Source of the DNA: a virus
Taxonomy: Duplodnaviria > Caudoviricetes
IMG/VR virus record: IMGVR_UViG_3300005144_000044
Location: 1-36,969 of that record
Reading direction: 5' to 3' (one strand)
Length of the DNA stretch: 36,969 nucleotides
How positions within the stretch are numbered: the stretch's first letter is position 1; each line of letters begins with the position of its first letter. Of this stretch, positions 1 to 8,439 are shown one piece after another. The notes under the pieces are model-generated. The model was not told the DNA's origin and ran no database searches. It saw only the letters and a list, made by a program, of their open reading frames with translations. The position numbers and the translations under genes were made by a program.

Positions 1-1020
1 TTAATAAACTTCATCCCAAAAAGCATCTGAGTATTGACTAAACAAGCCAGTATCAAAATCATACGAAGGGTCATTTGCAGTTGGAGTTTTTTCCTTCAAT
101 TTACTGTATAGAGACTTGATCTCCGGATAAAGCTTTACCCAAATCTCTTTAGCGTCAGCAACATTTGGATCAGACATGGCATTGATTTCGATGTTGTAAG
201 CCTCGAGTTTCACCATGGCTTTGTCCAGTTGAGAAATTGTGAAGGCAATATCCATGGTTTCGCCAATACTGTTCTTTCCGTTCTCAATGTAACTCGAAAT
301 ATCACAGAACCCATCATTCCAGATGTCCCCAGTTATGAAATTATTGATTTCAAATAGCATGTCAGCATCTGACAATGATTCGTTTGAAGAACTTAAATCT
401 GTTTCAGAAGTGTCAACGAAATCAGATTCTTCAAAATTAAACGATTCTTCCATATCATCTATGGCAGAAAGCAAGCCGCCGAGTAAGGCATTTTGGAGGG
501 CTTCATCTACATTGATCTTCCATTCCTTATCAACTTTATTCAGCTTAATGTCGACAGTATTAGTAACAGTAGCTGTCTCATTGGTTATCAGGTCAAGAAA
601 CATCTTTTCGATATCTTCATCACTTGGACCAGTGCTATCACCCAAACTGCTGAATGCTAAGGCAAATGCTTGGGTAATGTATTTCCCAAAAACAGATTTC
701 ATATCAATGGTGGTCACTTCGGTCTTTACAACAGCGGTTTCCTTTTCGACTTCAGATGAGATAACCTTGGTATCCAATTTTGAAAACATTGCCTTCATGA
801 TTTCTTCTGAATCTTCGGTAAATGAATCTGATTCACCCCCGAAATTCTGAATCTTTTCAACGTCCAAGTATTTCGCAACTGTCAGTAAATCATTTGTTTT
901 TAAGGCTGCAAATGCTTTGGTGACTACCTTGTCAGGTGCTTCAACAGCTGTACATGCAGAAAGAGCCAAGGTAAAAATTGATAGCAGTAAAACGAAACTC
1001 CATAAACGATACCTTTTCAT
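1..1020 (-). CDS. Acidic lipoprotein (DUF4878/DUF5105-like N-terminal domain); moron or host gene
   Basis: Signal peptide with lipobox LSAC; GAGGAGG SD; stop at 1-3; 'V.I.L.K.D..WKI' motif typical of NTF2-like Firmicutes lipoproteins. Confidence 0.7.
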   Translation of the reverse strand: MKRYRLWSFVLLLSIFTLALSACTAVEAPDKVVTKAFAALKTNDLLTVAKYLDVEKIQNFGGESDSFTEDSEEIMKAMFSKLDTKVISSEVEKETAVVKTEVTTIDMKSVFGKYITQAFALAFSSLGDSTGPSDEDIEKMFLDLITNETATVTNTVDIKLNKVDKEWKINVDEALQNALLGGLLSAIDDMEESFNFEESDFVDTSETDLSSSNESLSDADMLFEINNFITGDIWNDGFCDISSYIENGKNSIGETMDIAFTISQLDKAMVKLEAYNIEINAMSDPNVADAKEIWVKLYPEIKSLYSKLKEKTPTANDPSYDFDTGLFSQYSDAFWDEVY

Positions 1021-1050
1021 GTGACCTCCTCAGGCGAAATAGTTACAACC

Positions 1051-1080
1051 ATTATAAACCAAATAAGTTAATTGTTTCAT
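1051..1080 (-). promoter_or_regulatory. Putative sigma-A promoter of the lipoprotein gene
   Basis: TATAAT at 1056-1051 with ATGAAA 18 nt upstream. Confidence 0.5.
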
Positions 1081-1087
1081 ACAATAC

Positions 1088-1260
1088 TTAATCTGACAAA
1101 TTACCCCTATCCTTCAAATGCTCAAACTTCTCTCTGACAAAATCCGGCAGCGGAAAACCCATGATCCCCAGATTCTCAACAATCGACAGACCTTCGTTAC
1201 CATAAAAGAACATAACCAGTACTGTTCGGGAGGACCCTTGCAGATTCAAGATCAGGTCCT
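1088..1260 (-). pseudogene. 3' remnant of a phage holin (toxin secretion/holin_4_1 type)
   Basis: RTVLVMFFYGNEGLSIVENLGIMGFPLPDFVREKFEHLK matches the 'NEGLSI.EN...G.P.P' C-terminus of this family; N-terminal half and start are missing. Confidence 0.75.
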
Positions 1261-1342
1261 GTTGCCCCCCGCCAGAGCACAAGCAAAATCAGACCAATTT
1301 CCGACGGAATTTCCATTGACTGATTCAGAAGAATATTGCAGA

Positions 1343-2653
1343 TCAAGGATCACATCGCTTACAGGGAACATACCCCATATCGATGATCTCCTGCCGCGTC
1401 ATGACCACGTCTTGCCGATTCTCTGGATAAATATCAGCCGCGGAACTACAAGATGGGTAATGAAATTTCATAGTGTTTGTATTGAGCACATAAGCCCTGG
1501 CATCACCACCAGATGGCGGCGGCGCGGTCTGAGTTGTTGCTGCTGCTGTGGGCGCAGCAGTGGCAACCGTGGCTACAACTGTCGTTGGTGAAGTTATTTC
1601 CCCCGGTGTGAAATCATTGCATGGGTCCTGGCTCCACTGAATGGATCCACCATCACTGGTAGCCACAATGGTTCCCTGTTTGTCTGTACGAAAAAGCTCA
1701 GCACCGGTCGCCTTGATGCGGTTTAGGGTATTATCTCCCGGGTGCCCATAGGAATTATCAGCTCCGCAGGAGATCACCACAAACTCAGGATTGACGTTTG
1801 CCAACAAGGTTTTTGAGTTGCTGCCGTTGCTGCCATGATGAGAGGCATAGAACACATCAGATTCTAGATTTTGACTTAGGATCTGCTGCTCAGCATCAGC
1901 CGAGGAATCACCCATGATGACAAAACTGGTCTCACCAAACTGGACCCGAATGCAGATCGAGTCATCATTGACTTCCGCGTGCCCATAAGTTTTTGGGGCG
2001 ATGAAGGTTACGGTTGCTTCACCCACTTGGATGGATTGTCGCATGCCAGGCACATCCTCTGGAATGGAATGGTCCTGGATATACTTCTTAAACGACAGAT
2101 AGACCCGTGTATCCGTGGAGTAGTTCGCATCGTAAACCTGTTTGACCGGGAAGACATTGAGGATACCAACCAAACCGTTGATATGATCTGCATCGTAATG
2201 CGAAGCGATCATGACATCGACTTGTTTGATGGCTTGCTTTTTGAGGTAAGAAACTACAAAGGACGAAGTGTCACGATCGCCGCCATCAAAGACCAATACC
2301 TTGTCATCGATCTGAAAAAGAACAGCTGCACCCTGACCAACATCCAGGAAATGCACCTTCATTTCCGATGATACATTTTCAGCTGACGATCCCGCTTCAG
2401 AGGAGGACGGTAATGCTGCTGCTTTTGTTGACTGAGTTTCGGATCCGAGTGCAGTATCTTTATCCAAATCCGAAGCGGATGATGACACCTCTTGGGATAA
2501 TTTATTTGTTCCAGAAGTCTCCGATGAAGTCGACATCGACTCGACAAGCTCAATAAGGGATTGCCTCGGCGGGGTGGTTTCTGAGGATATGCCACAGCTC
2601 ACCAAAGAGAAGAGAAGCAGGAGAATCACAAACAAAGATGCAACACGTTTCAT
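1343..2653 (-). CDS. ComEC/Rec2-like MBL-fold hydrolase lipoprotein with C-terminal Ada-like metal-binding domain
   Basis: Lipobox LVSC; HFLDVGQG, SHYDADH, NDDS, MGD, HHGS, YGHP, RTD.QG motifs; C-terminal KFHYPSC...GYVPCKRC. Confidence 0.88.
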   Translation of the reverse strand: MKRVASLFVILLLLFSLVSCGISSETTPPRQSLIELVESMSTSSETSGTNKLSQEVSSSASDLDKDTALGSETQSTKAAALPSSSEAGSSAENVSSEMKVHFLDVGQGAAVLFQIDDKVLVFDGGDRDTSSFVVSYLKKQAIKQVDVMIASHYDADHINGLVGILNVFPVKQVYDANYSTDTRVYLSFKKYIQDHSIPEDVPGMRQSIQVGEATVTFIAPKTYGHAEVNDDSICIRVQFGETSFVIMGDSSADAEQQILSQNLESDVFYASHHGSNGSNSKTLLANVNPEFVVISCGADNSYGHPGDNTLNRIKATGAELFRTDKQGTIVATSDGGSIQWSQDPCNDFTPGEITSPTTVVATVATAAPTAAATTQTAPPPSGGDARAYVLNTNTMKFHYPSCSSAADIYPENRQDVVMTRQEIIDMGYVPCKRCDP

Positions 2654-2684
2654 GAAGACAAACCTCCCAGAAGATATCGCGTTA

Positions 2685-2707
2685 ATTTTAGCATTTTTTG
2701 ATGCTAA
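2685..2707 (-). promoter_or_regulatory. Extended -10 (TGcTAAAAT) overlapped by palindrome TTAGCAT-N6-ATGCTAA
   Basis: 7-6-7 inverted repeat at 2688-2707 upstream of the ComEC-like gene. Confidence 0.45.
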
Positions 2708-2740
2708 TAATTACATGTCATATCATCTGACAGTAAGATT

Positions 2741-3127
2741 TCACCCATTCCACCTTGATCGACCCACCCGGCAATCGATATGGACAAACGAGGGATAGAG
2801 CCCCAGTCCGCCAACACCTATGGAATTGGCATAGTCATAGATGCGTTTGGGCTCAATACCGTCGATATGAATATCCGCCGCCTTGCCAAGCACATGCTGG
2901 GATTCCTGAGCACCGCCCACCTTCTTGTTATACGCAGGAGTCCGATAAGCAGAATGAATCCTCACCGGCCGTCCGAAATGCTCCCGGATCTTCTGGAGAT
3001 AGTAGATCAGGAGCGTATCGATATAGATCGTGTCGCTGCCATCTTTGCAGGCAAATTCCTTCACCCTGAAATGGGGCGAGAGTAATTCTGAACCTTCCTG
3101 TACCAATGAAAAAATCTTTACAGCCAT
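2741..3127 (-). CDS. Endolysin, peptidase M15A (single catalytic domain)
   Basis: LSPHF..EFACKDG, SAYRT, SQHVLGKAADI, FVHID Zn-peptidase motifs; follows holin-like genes. Confidence 0.88.
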   Translation of the reverse strand: MAVKIFSLVQEGSELLSPHFRVKEFACKDGSDTIYIDTLLIYYLQKIREHFGRPVRIHSAYRTPAYNKKVGGAQESQHVLGKAADIHIDGIEPKRIYDYANSIGVGGLGLYPSFVHIDCRVGRSRWNG

Positions 3128-3128
3128 A

Positions 3129-3452
3129 TCAGTTGTCTCCCATTATTTGCACAGTGGCTTTCTGGTTTTGAGCCAAATAGTCTTTCATCCGGACCACTGC
3201 CAACTCGATCAGGTTCCCGATTTCCTTTTGGGTGAATAAAAGCCGTAACGCAATCGGGATCCGTTCATAGATCCAGGCGGTTACAGCAGCAAATTTGATT
3301 TCACCGGTGCCGCTGCCGAATTGCTTTTCAGCCAAGACAACCAGGTAGAACAGGATCTCACTGACCTGGCGCCTGTAGCCGAGCCTCGCCAATACAATCA
3401 GCACGACCGCAACGATCAGTGTTGCAATTCCATAAATCATTTCAGATGTCAT
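3129..3452 (-). CDS. Holin-like membrane protein
   Basis: N-terminal TM then 'V..AE..FG.G.G..K...V' and 'LIE.AV..MK' as in LL-H-type holins; start trimmed to ATG 3452. Confidence 0.65.
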   Translation of the reverse strand: MTSEMIYGIATLIVAVVLIVLARLGYRRQVSEILFYLVVLAEKQFGSGTGEIKFAAVTAWIYERIPIALRLLFTQKEIGNLIELAVVRMKDYLAQNQKATVQIMGDN

Positions 3453-3657
3453 TTTCTTTCTCTCCTTGGTTTTTGATTTCTGCCCGCTTGATTCCTGCGA
3501 GCTGCCAGAGCTGGTTGATTGCATAGCCGAACACTGCACCGATCAAAACCGCCGGTTCGGATCCGGTGTGCCAATACACGATAAGGACCGCGAACGTAAA
3601 AAGAGTCAGCCCCAGGCTGACTCCTACCACGATCTTTTTAGAAAACCGTATTTTCAT
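3442..3657 (-). CDS. Small two-TM lysis-cassette protein (holin-like)
   Basis: MKIRFSKKIVV.. two hydrophobic helices around 'GSEP'; ATGA overlap with upstream gene. Confidence 0.6.
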   Translation of the reverse strand: MKIRFSKKIVVGVSLGLTLFTFAVLIVYWHTGSEPAVLIGAVFGYAINQLWQLAGIKRAEIKNQGEKENDI

Positions 3658-4019
3658 TTTTGAATCCCCCAATAAGTCAAAACACCGCTGATCACAGCCG
3701 AGGCCAAGATCGAGATGATGATCCATTTGAGCTTATTCCAGTCCCTACTGGGCTGTTGCTCAATGTCCAGAACCCTCTGTTCCAGCTGATGCAACCGGTC
3801 AATATCCACAGCTGGCTTATGCTCAATCACGCATAGGCGTTCAACGATTTCTTTGTTTTGTTCGGTGATTGCTTTTACTGACAAAGCAAGGCTATTGACG
3901 GACATGGCCAATGCATGAAGTTCGGCTTGGGTTTCCTCTGCCTTGTCGATTCGCTTGTGAGCGGATTTAGCCGATTCCTCAACCCGGACCAGCCTTTCAT
4001 AGATCTGTGTTTCTGTCAT
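3654..4019 (-). CDS. XhlA-like coiled-coil protein with C-terminal TM
   Basis: ERLVRVEESAKSAHKRID motif, coiled coil, W..LKW plus hydrophobic C-terminus; sits between tail and lysis genes. Confidence 0.65.
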   Translation of the reverse strand: MTETQIYERLVRVEESAKSAHKRIDKAEETQAELHALAMSVNSLALSVKAITEQNKEIVERLCVIEHKPAVDIDRLHQLEQRVLDIEQQPSRDWNKLKWIIISILASAVISGVLTYWGIQK

Positions 4020-4049
4020 CAAATGCACTCGCTTTCATAGTTTTTGCTT

Positions 4050-6761
4050 TTAATTTTCTAAAAGCATACCAACGGCATAAGGAGAGACCCCTACAACCAC
4101 TTCCCACGTCAAACCATTCGCAGGAATGCTGGCAACACGGGCATAGCCATTGACACCTGTCAGCATAGTGTCTTTGAACCATGTGCTCGTACAGATACCA
4201 AGTGTCGTTCCGCTTTGAAGTACAACAGCAACCACATAATAGTGACCGCCTATCAAATTGACTGGACTGTTTAGTTTGTATACATAGTTTTTCTTGCCAG
4301 CTAAAAGGATGTCAGGTGATTCAGCCAGAGCGGTACCTATCTGGACGTTTCCAGCGGTCAATTCATAAACGGCAAATTGGATTGTTCGAGACGTTTCATC
4401 TAATAGAGCAGAAACACCATTCAAAACAAGGTCCGATTCTGGGGTCAGATAGAGCCCTTTGGCTAATTGAGTCGTTGTACTTTTAGATGGATTTCCCGTC
4501 CAGGTATAAAACCATTGATTACTGGAACCTCCGCCCCCACTGGCTGCAGCGATCGTCAACTTTTTATCGACATCATTCTGAGTGATCTGAACATTGGCAC
4601 CTGCGGCTATGGTGATCTCACCAGTCAAGGTGTTCGAACCGGGTGTCTTGATCCCTGAAACCCGAGCAATCCCTGAATGTGCATCCGCTGCATGGCGATC
4701 GCCATTCAAATACTGAGGGTGATCATCGCCGGAAAGGCTGTTCAAATCGCCATGAGAATGGTTGTGATCCTTGTTCGCAGGCGTCTGGGTCGACTGTGCT
4801 GACAGAGGCGAGTTTTGGGTAAACATCGCCATTCGTTCGACCATCTGATTCATCCGGATATCATGTTCCAGCAGAACGTTGTTGAGGTCCAGGGTGTAAG
4901 TCAAAAGCCCCGTATCTGCTTCCTCACAGGAGATCGCTTTCACCCGGACTGATTGTGAGAAGCCGACTGTATCGGACCCTTCAGGAGGAATGGTCCAGCC
5001 AATCCAGTCCCCGAGCAGAAAACTTTCCAAAGGTTTTAACCGCTGTCCCTTAGAATTTATAAACACCAGGACCGTGCCTTGGATGCCCCAATTCACTAGG
5101 GCAGCGGATTTAAGGTAAAGCTGGCCGTAGTCCTGTAGCTTAGCCCAGTCATCGGCCATGTTTCGCGCCTGAAGATAACCTTCTCGCCGCCCCCAACTGG
5201 ATTGCCCAGTCGGATGCGTCGTTTCCACAAGGGCGCCATTCTCTCCTTCAACCAACAAGGCATTAGTCATCTTGGAACTGTCGGTTTGCTTTTGGGTGCG
5301 CAGAATCGCCTGCCCAGGGCGATAGATGATTTCCTGAGAAAGGTCCGCGCCTTTAACTTTATAGAGCTTTAAGTGCAGGCTCGGTGTCATTTCCAGATCA
5401 AAGAGCCCAAAGCCATCGCTGAGTTTACTGACCACCTGGGATAGAGGTGTCCCGGCATGAAACGAAACCGTGGTCAGATCTTCAAATGGAGTGCCGACGC
5501 TATCTTGGTCCGATGTCCAGTCAATGACCACACCTGGCAAGCACCCGCGTTGCTGTGCTTCCAGGATCAGATTGCGAAGGATTGCTCCGCCATGCATGTC
5601 GCTAAAAACGCGTTCCAGGCTGGTCGGGTGTGGCATGTCCTCGGGGTAGACAACCGCCCGGTCGAGAAGGGATAACACCCCGCGGCCACTGACCTCGATC
5701 AGCTGCTGTTCAGAATCATCGACATAGCTGGGCCTCACCCCTTCAATGATCCACTTGAAGACATCGACGCCATCCAAACGACAGAGTACAAAGTTCTGAT
5801 CCGTCAAAATTGCTGGATCGCCACCTTTGGGATCTGTGCGACTAATGGAAAACCGTCCGCTCCCGGCGCTGTTGAGGAGCATTTGAAAGGACTTGGCTTT
5901 GGCATTTTCTAGCTGACATAGGATGGTATTGGGATTGTTCTTGTCACAAATGAAAAGCTCAAGGCCGACATCGCTGGCTATCTCTCCGGCAACGACCTCG
6001 ATCCCGATCAGGTTACTCTCGCGTGTACCAGATTCTACTGGAGCGGTCAGCACAACCTTTATCGCGCCGCTTTCAGATTCCTGGGGGAGCTGGCATACGA
6101 TCTGCTGCCAATTCCAGGAGATGATGCTGCACAGCTGGGTGCCAAGATAGACAAATCCACCATAGCCTCGAGCGGCTCGATCGGCATTTAAAGGGTCATT
6201 ATCCGGTTTGGCTCCAAAGCCGTTACCGTAAATGGTCAACACAGACCCCCTCGGAACCCGGCTGGAAGACAGTCGCTCAATCAGGGGAAACGGCGGATCG
6301 GCGGTGATGTTCTCATAGCCATAATAGGCACGAGTTCCGGTCCAGAGATTGGTTTTGGCGATGTTTTCGTAAATGGAAAGAACCCGCTTTTGGGTAAACA
6401 CATCGAGCTTGGCGATATTCTCATAAATTGAGAGCACGCGCTTGTACGCACCGAGGTTCTCATCGATCGACCAGGCAGCGGACCAGCCACTGGAGTCGTT
6501 ATTGGTATTCGTCGCTTGAGCACGCCAGTACCAGATCCCATCCGTTAATTCAGGCGTTGTCCAAACCGCGATCTGCTGGTCGATGAGGTTTGAAATCACC
6601 TGGGTCAGTTTGCGAGGGGAATTGAAGGATGTGGAAATGTCCAGCTCAAAGGTGATGTATCCGCCAAAGTCGGGATCATTGTATTGTGCAGACAAATCTG
6701 GGGTGCTGTCTGTACTAATGAACCCACTGGTCGGACCGATCAAATTGACCGTTATTGCCAT
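4050..6761 (-). CDS. Large tail tip/receptor-binding protein (Ig/FN3-like, IPT/TIG-like, tail hub, His-rich segment, C-terminal domain)
   Basis: WYWRAQA..SGWS, LTIYGNGFG..SW...IVC, DDHPQY and GGGGSS linker; last gene of tail module. Confidence 0.75.
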   Translation of the reverse strand: MAITVNLIGPTSGFISTDSTPDLSAQYNDPDFGGYITFELDISTSFNSPRKLTQVISNLIDQQIAVWTTPELTDGIWYWRAQATNTNNDSSGWSAAWSIDENLGAYKRVLSIYENIAKLDVFTQKRVLSIYENIAKTNLWTGTRAYYGYENITADPPFPLIERLSSSRVPRGSVLTIYGNGFGAKPDNDPLNADRAARGYGGFVYLGTQLCSIISWNWQQIVCQLPQESESGAIKVVLTAPVESGTRESNLIGIEVVAGEIASDVGLELFICDKNNPNTILCQLENAKAKSFQMLLNSAGSGRFSISRTDPKGGDPAILTDQNFVLCRLDGVDVFKWIIEGVRPSYVDDSEQQLIEVSGRGVLSLLDRAVVYPEDMPHPTSLERVFSDMHGGAILRNLILEAQQRGCLPGVVIDWTSDQDSVGTPFEDLTTVSFHAGTPLSQVVSKLSDGFGLFDLEMTPSLHLKLYKVKGADLSQEIIYRPGQAILRTQKQTDSSKMTNALLVEGENGALVETTHPTGQSSWGRREGYLQARNMADDWAKLQDYGQLYLKSAALVNWGIQGTVLVFINSKGQRLKPLESFLLGDWIGWTIPPEGSDTVGFSQSVRVKAISCEEADTGLLTYTLDLNNVLLEHDIRMNQMVERMAMFTQNSPLSAQSTQTPANKDHNHSHGDLNSLSGDDHPQYLNGDRHAADAHSGIARVSGIKTPGSNTLTGEITIAAGANVQITQNDVDKKLTIAAASGGGGSSNQWFYTWTGNPSKSTTTQLAKGLYLTPESDLVLNGVSALLDETSRTIQFAVYELTAGNVQIGTALAESPDILLAGKKNYVYKLNSPVNLIGGHYYVVAVVLQSGTTLGICTSTWFKDTMLTGVNGYARVASIPANGLTWEVVVGVSPYAVGMLLEN

Positions 6762-6777
6762 TTTTGGTCACCTCTCA

Positions 6778-7620
6778 TCAGGTCCAGCTGCCGACGGTGG
6801 CGATCAGACGCGCGGCTTTGGGACCCAGGATCAGCAAAGGCGGCCCGAGAGGATTTTTGATGTACACCGTACTCGAGAGCGACCCCACCCCGATTGATGC
6901 GATGTCTAAGGTGCTCGTCCAGGGACCATCTTCGGAGAATGCCAGTAGGAAGTCCGGATGATTGAGCTGCAGGTTGACGTTATTGGCGATCTTGGTCGTG
7001 CTGGTGTTTTGGATCTTGATGCTTTGAACGACGGTGGTCCCTTCTGGACGGTCGCCAACATCCATCAGCATGGTGATTGGGGTGCCACTTACATCCGTGA
7101 ACACAATGTCGTCTGGCGTTTCGGTTGCCTTTTTGCGGCCATAGATATGAAGGTCTCGAAGCCGTGTTGCATACATGGTCGTGATCCGGAACCGAAGGAC
7201 TTTCATCGGTCCGCTGAAACTGACTGGCTTCACACCGGTGCGCCATTTGGTTGCATCCGGATTATGGTAATAACCAACACCATTCGGCCAGGTTGCCGTT
7301 TCCCAGGTCCCATCGACGCCATTGGTTGAGTCAACACTGCCCTGAAGCTCACCAAACGTGGTCGAATAATAGTAGGCTGATCCACCTATATATAGTTGCT
7401 CCACTTCCCGCGCTTCTGGAAAGAAGACCCAGACGATCAAAGCGAGTCCCTCCGCAGTCGATTCAATGGTATCAACTGATATCTCATCATTGAGCTGACC
7501 CTTTTTCGTGCTGTTACACCACAAGGCCACGCCGTCGTTATAGGCACCTCCGCGATAAGCGATCTCGGTGCCGTCAATATCGATCGGCATGCGGTGACTG
7601 GGGATTGTGACAAAGGACAT
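6778..7620 (-). CDS. Minor tail/baseplate protein
   Basis: GGAGG SD; beta-rich; located between Dit and tail tip gene. Confidence 0.6.
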   Translation of the reverse strand: MSFVTIPSHRMPIDIDGTEIAYRGGAYNDGVALWCNSTKKGQLNDEISVDTIESTAEGLALIVWVFFPEAREVEQLYIGGSAYYYSTTFGELQGSVDSTNGVDGTWETATWPNGVGYYHNPDATKWRTGVKPVSFSGPMKVLRFRITTMYATRLRDLHIYGRKKATETPDDIVFTDVSGTPITMLMDVGDRPEGTTVVQSIKIQNTSTTKIANNVNLQLNHPDFLLAFSEDGPWTSTLDIASIGVGSLSSTVYIKNPLGPPLLILGPKAARLIATVGSWT

Positions 7621-7635
7621 GAGTTACCTCCAAAG

Positions 7636-8439
7636 TTAGAAATATGCAGGGTAATAGAGGATCTGGCAGGAACCGCCCGTCGCACCGCTTGTTATGGTCA
7701 AGTGATTTTCTCCGGCATTCAGCGTCAGCCAGCTCTCATCGCCGCCGTGCTTGACGGCTGAAATGACATTCAGACCATCTTTTTCGCAGGTAAAATCCGC
7801 CACATCGATGGTGACTGCCTCGCCCGTGGCAATGTTGCCCTGGTACTGAACCCAAGTGCCGGTCTCCAGACACTCCAGCTTGGGTGATTCCAAGGGCCCG
7901 GTCAGGACTAGACTGAGTTTGGTTGCGGGAGCCGTACCAGGGTTGCTATGAATCCAGGCAAAAGATGGTAAAGAGATCAGTTGCTGATCGGAATACAGCA
8001 CAGTGCCATAGAAGAACGGATCTGCCATGGAGACTTCCAGAGCGAATTTGGTCAGTCCCAGCGGCTTGCGACTGAACTTGACCGGGCGCAGGATTTCCAC
8101 AGCCGCTTCGCGAGAAGTACCATCAGGCAACTGTTTGGCCAAGACATGTTGTCCAGGCGAACCAAACAACCGACTCAAAGTATCGATATTTTCATAAAGA
8201 ACCTGATCGGGCGTTTTCCCACTGGGAACGACACCTGTCGTCGGATCAACCGAGCGCACCCACATCAGGAAGATCAATACCCGGTCGCTGTAGCGCTTTT
8301 TAATCCAGCGCTTGCCGTCCTGGAAAGGGATCTGGATATTTTCACCGCGAAACCCCGGTGTGCCCAGTCCATCCGATACTTCATAGATTCCCCAGGCTTT
8401 GGTCTGCAAGGACTCATTATCAAAGCTATATTGTTCCAT
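7636..8439 (-). CDS. Distal tail protein (Dit, Sipho_tail family)
   Basis: Immediately after tape measure; DPFFYG, NPGTA, L..GEN.L motifs. Confidence 0.8.
   Translation of the reverse strand: MEQYSFDNESLQTKAWGIYEVSDGLGTPGFRGENIQIPFQDGKRWIKKRYSDRVLIFLMWVRSVDPTTGVVPSGKTPDQVLYENIDTLSRLFGSPGQHVLAKQLPDGTSREAAVEILRPVKFSRKPLGLTKFALEVSMADPFFYGTVLYSDQQLISLPSFAWIHSNPGTAPATKLSLVLTGPLESPKLECLETGTWVQYQGNIATGEAVTIDVADFTCEKDGLNVISAVKHGGDESWLTLNAGENHLTITSGATGGSCQILYYPAYF

Noticed and set aside
4050-7620. Diversity-generating retroelement targeting tail genes
   Set aside because: No reverse transcriptase and no TR/VR pair differing at adenines seen; C-termini are not CLec-like.
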